The notes under the pieces were generated by a model that did not search any database, was not told the origin of the DNA, and saw nothing but the letters and a program-made list of their open reading frames with translations. A stretch of 64,000 nt of DNA from assembly GCA_945906935.1 (NCBI GenBank), contig CAMDSO010000005.1, positions 3,155-67,154 of the forward strand. The letters run 5' to 3'. Each line of letters starts with the position of its first letter. Position 1 is the stretch's first letter. A program made the translations under genes and the position numbers. Shown in pieces: positions 57,731 through 64,000 of this stretch. The DNA comes from Bordetella parapertussis. Lineage in GTDB: Bacteria > Pseudomonadota > Gammaproteobacteria > Burkholderiales > SG8-41.

Positions 57731-57766
57731 ACACCAACACAACAGGCGACCGCGCACGGCCGCCTG
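57731..57766 (-). terminator. Rho-independent terminator of cspA
   Basis: Minus-sense CAGGCGGCCG-ugcg-CGGUCGCCUG (10-bp stem with one G.U pair) followed by UUGUGUUGGUGU. Confidence 0.6.
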
Positions 57767-57777
57767 CCAGAAACTCT

Positions 57778-57987
57778 TTACACAGCCTTCAGATTCACGG
57801 CCGACGTCTTGCCGTTATTGCCGCGCTCGAGGTCGAACGAAACAGTCTGGTTCTCGCTCAGCGTCGAGAGGCCGGCTTTTTCCACGGCGGAAATATGGAC
57901 GAAAACGTCCTTCGATCCGTCTTGCGGTGCGATGAAGCCGAAGCCCTTGGTTGCATTGAAAAACTTTACGGTGCCCGTAGTAGACAT
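57778..57987 (-). CDS. cspA: Cold-shock protein (CspA family)
   Basis: 69 aa from ATG 57987: [35 protein letters not shown] with RNP1 KGFGFI and RNP2 VFVHI. The track ORF has a spurious 29-codon extension. Confidence 0.95.
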   Translation of the reverse strand: MSTTGTVKFFNATKGFGFIAPQDGSKDVFVHISAVEKAGLSTLSENQTVSFDLERGNNGKTSAVNLKAV

Positions 57988-58319
57988 GGTGTTCCTAGTA
58001 TATGTAATGCAATAGGCCGCGCACGATATTGAGCGCGGCATCAAATGATCCATCGGGAAAAATCGCAAAAACATCCGGAACGGATGTCAGGAGAACTTGC
58101 CAATAACCAATCGACCACGGGAGTTTCCATGCTGCGGGCGTTTCTGACAAGCGGAATCTTCGCCTGCTTTGTGCTGCCGCAGACCGCGACCGTCTTCTTA
58201 AGCGGCCGACTTAGTGTCTGCAGTAGTTTGATTTATATGGTTATTGGTCTGATGTGCCGGTGTTTGCTTAGCGCCGCCCAGCCCCCTCGGCTGGACCGTC
58301 TAAAACCGCTTGCAGCGCC

Positions 58320-59294
58320 TTATTTAACATCAACGCCGGAAATCTTGACGATTTCGGTGATGGATTTCCTCTGGTCGGCGCGGAATTTATCCAGTTCGGC
58401 GCGATCGCTACCGACGATTTCGAGGCCAAGGCCCTTGAGTTGCTCGCCGAATTGCGGGTCTTTGACGATCTTGCTGATCGCGGCGCTGGCCTTGGCCAGT
58501 ATCGGCTCCGGCACGCCGGTCGGGGCGACCACGCTGTACCAGGCGAGCGTTTGATAGCCCGGAATGGCTTCGGAGATCGAGGGTACGTCGGGCAGCAGCT
58601 GGCTGCGGCGCGGTCCGGTCACGCCGAGCGCCCGCACGCGGCCGGATTGCACCGCACCGAGCATTGCCGGCACCACGCCATAGGTCAGATTGACTTCCTT
58701 GCCCATGGTCGCGGCCATCGCTTCGGCCACGCCCTTGTACGGAACGTGCAGCATGTCGGTACCGGTGAGTTTGGTGAACAGAACGCCAGACAGATGCTCC
58801 GACGCGCCGGTGCCTGCCGAACCGTACTTAAGCGGCGTTTTCTTCGCCGCTTCGATGAGCTCCTTGATCGACTTCGCCGGAATTTCGGGATTGACGACTA
58901 GTACGAACGAGGTCGTCCCGATCAGGCTCAGCGAGACGAAATCTTTTTCGAGGTTGAACTTGACGTTCGGGAACACCGCGGTGGCAACCAATAATTGCGA
59001 GGTCAGCATCATCCATGTGTAGCCGTCGGCTGGCGCTTGCAGCACCAGATCGGCACTGAGGACGCCGGCGACGCCGGGCCGTGAGTCAACCACCACGCGC
59101 TGGCCCCAGGCGCCGAAAAGGCGGTCGGCCAGTGCGCGCGAAATGATGTCTGGTCCTGAACCTGGCGCGCTACCGATGACGAGTCGGACCGGTTTTTCAG
59201 GAAAGCTGGTCTGCGCGGCGGAGGCACCGGTGCAGAAGGCAGTGACGAGCACAAGGGAAGATACAACGACGGTCATAAATTTTCGAGTGCGCAT
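58320..59294 (-). CDS. Bug family (TctC-like) TTT substrate-binding protein
   Basis: The start at ATG 59294 (MRTRKFMTVVVSSLVLVTAFCTGASA) follows AAGGA. It has the FPEKPVRLVIGSAPGSGPDI and HVPYKG patterns. Confidence 0.9.
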   Translation of the reverse strand: MRTRKFMTVVVSSLVLVTAFCTGASAAQTSFPEKPVRLVIGSAPGSGPDIISRALADRLFGAWGQRVVVDSRPGVAGVLSADLVLQAPADGYTWMMLTSQLLVATAVFPNVKFNLEKDFVSLSLIGTTSFVLVVNPEIPAKSIKELIEAAKKTPLKYGSAGTGASEHLSGVLFTKLTGTDMLHVPYKGVAEAMAATMGKEVNLTYGVVPAMLGAVQSGRVRALGVTGPRRSQLLPDVPSISEAIPGYQTLAWYSVVAPTGVPEPILAKASAAISKIVKDPQFGEQLKGLGLEIVGSDRAELDKFRADQRKSITEIVKISGVDVK

Positions 59295-59465
59295 TTTTTT
59301 CCTTGGTAAACGTTCGACTGGATTTGCTGCGTGCAAGGGCGGGGCCGAAGGCGAGATTTTAGTCTAACCGCAGCGGTGCTGCAGAAGCCAGTGACAGGCC
59401 GGGGTAAGGGCGCTGCCAGCTATGCTAGGATAGCCCAAAACTACGCGCTTGCGCCGGAGAGTCCA

Positions 59466-60371
59466 ATGTCATCGGTTTTGCCAAACACTGCTGTTCAATA
59501 CGTCTACGATTTTGCGCTGCTGGATCAAGTCCCTGCGGGGACGACCAGTGCACGCGTGGCGGCTAAACGCCTGTTGTCAGGGCCGACTTTGCAGACCGGC
59601 AAATCGTCAACGGTCGGTGCCGTCCTGACAGGACTTCACTTGATCGTCACGCTGGGGCGCCAGACTCGTGGCTCTGGTGCCAAGGCGCATACCCACCCGA
59701 ACGAACAGGTCAACTACATCGTGCGGGGCGTGATGACCGGCGAGATCGAAGGTGAGCAGGTCTTCGCCCCGGTCGATACGCTGCTGCATACGCCGTCGCG
59801 CGCCGTGCATACCGGCATGGCCTGTCCCGACGAGGATCTGGTCTTCTTTGCCATGAAAGACACCCGTCATGGTATCGTCGGGCCACCCGTCGATGGCCAA
59901 TACAACGGCCCCAATTTTTTGCCCGGCTTCGGTACTCGTGCGACCGAAACTGCGCAATCGACAGCGCAATTAATGGCGGCCTGCCGTGGAGATACGGCCG
60001 GTGAAAAGACGCGCTACATCTACGATTTCGCACGGCTTGCCGAAAAACCCGGACGCGTTGCCAGCGCCCAGGTCACCCCTAGTGTGGCCGCAGGCATCTG
60101 GACGGGCGATCTGGTCAGCGGCGAGACCTTGCACGTGGCGCGCCTGCGTGCGGCCGCAGGCTTGCGGGGCGCAGTACATAGTCATGCGAATGAACAGTTC
60201 GTATTTGTTGCGGCGGGTGAGGTCGTGGCCGAAGTCGACGGCATCGAACATCGTGTTGGCCGGCACTGTACGCTACATGTGCCGCCCGGCATGCCGCACA
60301 GTCTCAGCCCCGCCGGGCAGGACGCCTTGATCATCGTTTCGCAGGATACCCATCACGCTTTTGCCGGCTGA
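59466..60371 (+). CDS. Bicupin protein, domain order A-B
   Basis: 301 aa from ATG 59466. The first barrel has GSGAKAHTHPNEQVNYIVRG ... KDTRHGIVGPPVDG..GPNFLPGFG. The second barrel has AVHSHANEQFVFVAAG ... LHVPPGMPHSL. Confidence 0.8.
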   Translation: MSSVLPNTAVQYVYDFALLDQVPAGTTSARVAAKRLLSGPTLQTGKSSTVGAVLTGLHLIVTLGRQTRGSGAKAHTHPNEQVNYIVRGVMTGEIEGEQVFAPVDTLLHTPSRAVHTGMACPDEDLVFFAMKDTRHGIVGPPVDGQYNGPNFLPGFGTRATETAQSTAQLMAACRGDTAGEKTRYIYDFARLAEKPGRVASAQVTPSVAAGIWTGDLVSGETLHVARLRAAAGLRGAVHSHANEQFVFVAAGEVVAEVDGIEHRVGRHCTLHVPPGMPHSLSPAGQDALIIVSQDTHHAFAG

Positions 60372-60386
60372 CACTGGCGCAGTTAC

Positions 60387-60565
60387 TTATTCCAGCTTGA
60401 TGCTGGCTTTGTGTATGAGGCTGCCGTAGCGCGCGTTATCTTCGCGCACAAATTCGCCAAATTTCTTGGTGAACGTCGCACTGGATTGGCGCCGATTTGT
60501 AGCAACTGCCGCGATGCTGCGGGCGTCGCGATGGCGCGGTTGGCCGTTGCGGATAGCTCTGCGCC
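60387..60565 (-). pseudogene. C-terminal remnant of a Bug-family gene, frameshifted and 5'-truncated
   Basis: Two minus-strand frames together read ...LSATANRAIATPAASRQLLQIGANPV / (frameshift near 60480) / ATFTKKFGEFVREDNARYGSLIHKASIKLE*. This parallels the C-termini of the intact copies (e.g. LNAETVAILKIPEIRERLLADGAEPVGNTPEQFGAFIQSEIDKWGRVIKAAGLKAE*). Confidence 0.65.
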
Positions 60566-60644
60566 ACTGCGTTGACCGCGCGCCAAGCAAACACGATGGC
60601 AACGTTGAGCAGGTGCTACCACATGAGTGTGTATGGCATGCTGC

Positions 60645-61613
60645 TTACTCGGGCTTGAGTCCAGCGAGCTTGACCATTTTGCCCATCTGTACAAAATCAT
60701 CACTGATGATGCGGGTGAAATCGGCGACGCTCGAATACGCGGGTTCCTCGCCCTGCGCCATGTAGAGCTGGCGCAGGTCGGTAGTGCCGAGAACATCGCG
60801 CATCACGCCATTGAGTTTGTCGACCACGGGGCGCGGTGTCGCGCGCGGCGCCAGCACACCGTTCCAGCCGTAATAACGAAAACCGGCGACCCCCGCTTCA
60901 GCGATGGTAGGCAGCTCGGGCGTTAGTGCGGAGCGTTTATCACCGCCGGTGGCGAGGCAGCGTACGCGGCCAGCTTTGACATGGCTGCCGTAAGCGCCAT
61001 AGGGCCCCATGGTCCATTGCGACTCGCCCTGCACCAAGGCCAGGGCCGACGGCCCGCCGCCTTTGTAGGGAATATGGTTGCCTTCAATTCCCGCCAGGGT
61101 GGCGAACATCAGCCCGCCCAAATGGCTGGTCGAGCCGATGCCGGCCGAGGCCATGTTGAGTTGGCCCGGTTTTGATTTCGCCAGGTCGATAAATTCGCGC
61201 AGCGTTTTTACCGGCAGGCCGGCATGCACGCAGAGCGCGGTTTCAGTTTTGACGAATACCGACACCGGCAGAAAATCCTTCAGCGGATCGAAGCCGACTT
61301 TTGCGTAGACATGCGGCGCGATGGTCATCACCGCCGCGGTGACGGTTATTAGCGTATAGCCATCGGCCACCGCACGCGCCGAGGTTTCCACGCCGAGCGT
61401 ACCGCCAGCCCCTGGCCGGTTGTCGATGACGATCTGTTGGCCGAGTCGCTCGGACATGCGGGTAAAAACGATGCGCCCGTAGATGTCGCTGGCACTGCCC
61501 GGCGCATTGGCGACGATCATGCGGATCGGGCGGTTGGGATAGGGGTCGGCTGCCGCCACCGATGCGGCTGCAAGCGCGTTGATCGCGCCAAATAATAAAT
61601 ACTGGTAACGCAT
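60645..61613 (-). CDS. Bug family (TctC-like) TTT substrate-binding protein
   Basis: The start at ATG 61613 (MRYQYLLFGAINALAAASVAAA) follows GGAGA. It has YPNRPIRMIVANAPGSASDI, and the C-terminus ends KLAGLKPE. Confidence 0.9.
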   Translation of the reverse strand: MRYQYLLFGAINALAAASVAAADPYPNRPIRMIVANAPGSASDIYGRIVFTRMSERLGQQIVIDNRPGAGGTLGVETSARAVADGYTLITVTAAVMTIAPHVYAKVGFDPLKDFLPVSVFVKTETALCVHAGLPVKTLREFIDLAKSKPGQLNMASAGIGSTSHLGGLMFATLAGIEGNHIPYKGGGPSALALVQGESQWTMGPYGAYGSHVKAGRVRCLATGGDKRSALTPELPTIAEAGVAGFRYYGWNGVLAPRATPRPVVDKLNGVMRDVLGTTDLRQLYMAQGEEPAYSSVADFTRIISDDFVQMGKMVKLAGLKPE

Positions 61614-61791
61614 ACGTTCTCCATGACTGACACGAATAGTCTCGCACATCTGCCGCATTGCGCCTAGCAATACTGCTATGCGCGCCTGCACTGCCACGGG
61701 TTTGGCGTGACTTTCGGTGTGGTGCGATAATCGAAGCAAACACGCGCGCTGTTGTTCTTCAATCACAAGCGTGTTCTCCCGGAGGATCTTG

Positions 61792-62691
61792 ATGTCCGCA
61801 ACCGAGCACGCACAGCACTGCTATGTATATGACCTTGTTACGCCAGGGCCGCCGCCAGCCGTGGCTTGCAGTGCGCTGTTGGATCAGCGCAGCAGCGGTT
61901 CATTAAGCGGCGTATCCGTCGAGGGCGCTCGCGCCAGTGTCGCACTGTTGCAGGCGCGGCGCGGTGCGGGTTGTTCGGTGCAAGTATCGGCGGCAGAGAA
62001 ATTTTTTTTCGTGCTGGAAGGTGCGCTGACGGCTGATCTCGACGGGCGCCTGCATGAAGTGCCGGCGCAACATGCACTGCATGTGCCCGCTGGCATGCCG
62101 CATTCCCTGCGTGCGGGATGCGACACACGCTTTATCCTGGCGCTCTCGCGCAACGCCGCCGCCATGGCCGGTGTGTTTGATGATGCCGGCTGGGTCGAGC
62201 ATGCCAATGCCGCGACCCAGTCTGTCACGCGGCAGAGTGGCGACGTGGTGATGCGTTATGTTTACCCGATTGATGAACTCAGCGCGGTGCCGCCCGGTGC
62301 GTCGAGCGCGAAAGTTGTGCCGAAGAATTTCGTCTCCGGGAAATCGAGTTCGTTTGGCGCCGCCTTGAGTGGCGCCGCACTGCACGTTGGTGTCATTCAC
62401 AAGGCGCGCGGTTCGGGCGCCAAGCTGCACACCCATCAGAACGAGCAATTCAATGTCGTTCTGCAAGGAAGGTTGCTTGGCGAGATCGCTGCTGCGCCGA
62501 TGGATGTGGCGCCTTACGGTCTAGTGCATATGCCGGCCGGTGTGCCTCATTGCACCATGGCCAGCGCCGACGGCGATATCGCGGTGTTTGTGGTCAAGGA
62601 TACGAGCCACGGTTTATCCGGCCCGCCGGTCGACGGCATCGAAGACGGTCCACGTTATCTGCCGGGCTTCGGGCCGCGCGCCAGCGTTTAA
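61792..62691 (+). CDS. Bicupin protein, domain order B-A (permuted relative to 59466-60371)
   Basis: 299 aa from ATG 61792, which follows GGAGGA. The first barrel has ...FFFVLEG...LHVPAGMPHSL with no HxH. The second barrel has GSGAKLHTHQNEQFNVVLQG ... KDTSHGLSGPPVDG..GPRYLPGFG. Confidence 0.8.
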   Translation: MSATEHAQHCYVYDLVTPGPPPAVACSALLDQRSSGSLSGVSVEGARASVALLQARRGAGCSVQVSAAEKFFFVLEGALTADLDGRLHEVPAQHALHVPAGMPHSLRAGCDTRFILALSRNAAAMAGVFDDAGWVEHANAATQSVTRQSGDVVMRYVYPIDELSAVPPGASSAKVVPKNFVSGKSSSFGAALSGAALHVGVIHKARGSGAKLHTHQNEQFNVVLQGRLLGEIAAAPMDVAPYGLVHMPAGVPHCTMASADGDIAVFVVKDTSHGLSGPPVDGIEDGPRYLPGFGPRASV

Positions 62692-62704
62692 TCAGGAGTT
62701 TGTA

Positions 62705-63883
62705 ATGGATGTACGTTTAGCCGAAGAACAGCTGGCATGGCAGGCCAAGGCGCGGCAATTTGCAGAAGAGGTGCTGCGTCCGCATTCGCTCGCCCGCGAC
62801 CAAATTGCCGATCCGCGTGCAGCATTCGACTGGGAAATTGTCAAGGAAGGTTCGCGCCTGGGCTTTCGTACCGCGGTGGTGGCCAAGGCGTGGGGTGGTC
62901 ACGGCATTGATCTGGTGACGCAGGCGCTGGTTATCATGGAACTCGCGCGCGGCGACAGCGCAATGGCGAAAACCTTCAGCCAGTGCTGGAAATGGAGTCA
63001 TCTGATTGCTGCGTTTTGTTCGCCCGACCAGAAGGATCGTTATCTCAAAAAGTTTCTCGACGACGATACTTTTTTGCTCGGGCACGCCGGCACCGAACCG
63101 AACTCCGGCTCCGATCACCGGCTGCCGCCCGAAGATGATCCGAAATCCGGCTGGCGTCTGAAGGCCGAGCGCCGTGGCGACGAGTGGATTTTGAACGGCG
63201 AGAAATGTTTCATCGCCAACGGTTCGGTGGCGAAGCTGTTTTTCGTCGATGCGCGCACCAATCCGAATGTCAGCATCCGCGAGGGCGGCACCGAGTTTTT
63301 GATTCCGATCGACACGCCCGGGCTGCGCATTGGCAAGGTCTTCAACAAGCGCGGCTGGCGTTTTTACCAGAACGCCGAATTGATATTCGAGGATGCGCGC
63401 GTGCCGCACGCCAATGTGGTGGGTGAAGTCAACGGCGCTTACAAGACCCGCCACGGCACCTTTGGCGACCTTGAACTCTCGGCCAATGCCGTGGGCGTTT
63501 GCGATGACGCGCTGGAGATGGCGATGACGCATGCGCGCACGCACCTTCCGCAGTCGCGTTACTTCAAGGACAACCAGCACGTGCAACTGAAGATTTCCGA
63601 AATGCACATGCTGACCGAGGCGTTGCGCTCGTTTGTGATGCGCGTGGCCGGTGAGGGCGATGCGAAGATCGGGAACCATTCGGTCAACAACGTGTTGCTG
63701 ATGAACTTTGCCACCGACGTGGTGCAGAAGGTGACCGCGCTCAATCTTGAGGTGATCGGTGCGCGCGGCGGTGGGATTCCGGCGCGTGCCGACAAGATTG
63801 CGCGCGATGCGGTGATCTGGACGCATCTGGCCGGCGATTCGATCCAGCGCATGAAAGCGGTGCGCCGCCTGAAGTGGAACTGA
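62705..63883 (+). CDS. Acyl-CoA dehydrogenase family protein
   Basis: 392 aa from ATG 62705. It shows the typical three-domain ACAD pattern (AEEVLRP...; GTEPNSGSD; W.LNGEK.FI.NG; a C-terminal helical domain with a conserved G...IW). Confidence 0.85.
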   Translation: MDVRLAEEQLAWQAKARQFAEEVLRPHSLARDQIADPRAAFDWEIVKEGSRLGFRTAVVAKAWGGHGIDLVTQALVIMELARGDSAMAKTFSQCWKWSHLIAAFCSPDQKDRYLKKFLDDDTFLLGHAGTEPNSGSDHRLPPEDDPKSGWRLKAERRGDEWILNGEKCFIANGSVAKLFFVDARTNPNVSIREGGTEFLIPIDTPGLRIGKVFNKRGWRFYQNAELIFEDARVPHANVVGEVNGAYKTRHGTFGDLELSANAVGVCDDALEMAMTHARTHLPQSRYFKDNQHVQLKISEMHMLTEALRSFVMRVAGEGDAKIGNHSVNNVLLMNFATDVVQKVTALNLEVIGARGGGIPARADKIARDAVIWTHLAGDSIQRMKAVRRLKWN

Positions 63884-63905
63884 ACATCAACGGAGAACAA
63901 GGGTC

Positions 63906-64000
63906 ATGCTGAAAATAGGAATTTTGCTGGGTGACGATATCGGCCTCGAAGTGGTGCCCGAAGCGGTCAAGGTGATGAAGGCGGCAGCGGCGAAAACCGG
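63906..64000 (+). CDS. Isocitrate/isopropylmalate dehydrogenase family protein. N-terminal 31 codons only; the gene runs off the right edge.
   Basis: Hand translation gives MLKIGILLGDDIGLEVVPEAVKVMKAAAAKT. This matches the family N-terminus (K-I-x-x-L-x-G-D-x-I-G-x-E-V). Confidence 0.6.
   Translation, partial: MLKIGILLGDDIGLEVVPEAVKVMKAAAAKT

Noticed and set aside
58045-58554. A 169-aa plus-strand ORF with hydrophobic stretches, spanning the cspA upstream region and the 3' end of a Bug gene.
   Set aside because: Half of it is antisense to a well-supported Bug gene and the rest covers the cspA leader. It has no SD, an odd composition and no motifs.

Overview
This is a high-GC bacterial chromosomal window that looks betaproteobacterial, probably Burkholderiales-like. 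The evidence is the conserved block glyA-nrdR-ribD-ribE-ribBA-ribH-nusB-thiL-pgpA-pncC-recA-recX-alaS, plus glnE, yhdP, pmbA/tldD, greB, aroG, waaF and ilvE, and four intact copies plus one remnant of Bug/TTT periplasmic binding-protein genes. All functional calls rest on motifs I could read in the supplied translations and in the DNA. No database search was run.

Layout:
- 0-47 kb is mostly core housekeeping. It also holds a sulfonate/nitrate-type ABC importer, a TRAP transporter split into convergent units, and a five-gene minus-strand operon of unassigned enzymes (FAD dehydrogenase, class II aldolase, amidohydrolase, alpha/beta hydrolase, phosphohexomutase).
- 47.6-52.2 kb encodes a DMSO-reductase-family molybdoenzyme with no Tat signal, plus a 4x[4Fe-4S] subunit and a membrane anchor (SoeABC-like architecture). 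It is divergent from an alpha-carbonic anhydrase whose Shine-Dalgarno lies inside a perfect 12-bp hairpin arm.
- 53-64 kb is the accessory part. It contains three orphan Bug binding proteins and one decayed Bug fragment, a PEP-mutase/isocitrate-lyase-family gene with short LeuC/LeuD-like hydratase subunits, two bicupins with swapped domain order, an acyl-CoA dehydrogenase and an IPMDH-family dehydrogenase. A cspA gene and a tiny wHTH gene are inserted in the middle.

I saw no rRNA, tRNA, CRISPR array, transposase, integrase, phage or recognisable defence genes, and I could not identify a clear-cut new system. The best leads for novelty are:
1. the 53-64 kb carboxylate-catabolic island and its permuted bicupin pair
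2. the Tat-less molybdoenzyme
3. a small secreted protein translationally coupled to yhdP
4. an SD-sequestering hairpin in front of the carbonic anhydrase
5. a single in-frame TAG splitting an MBL-fold gene
6. recurrent CCTCAC/ACTCCTAAC leader motifs in front of genes that lack a Shine-Dalgarno
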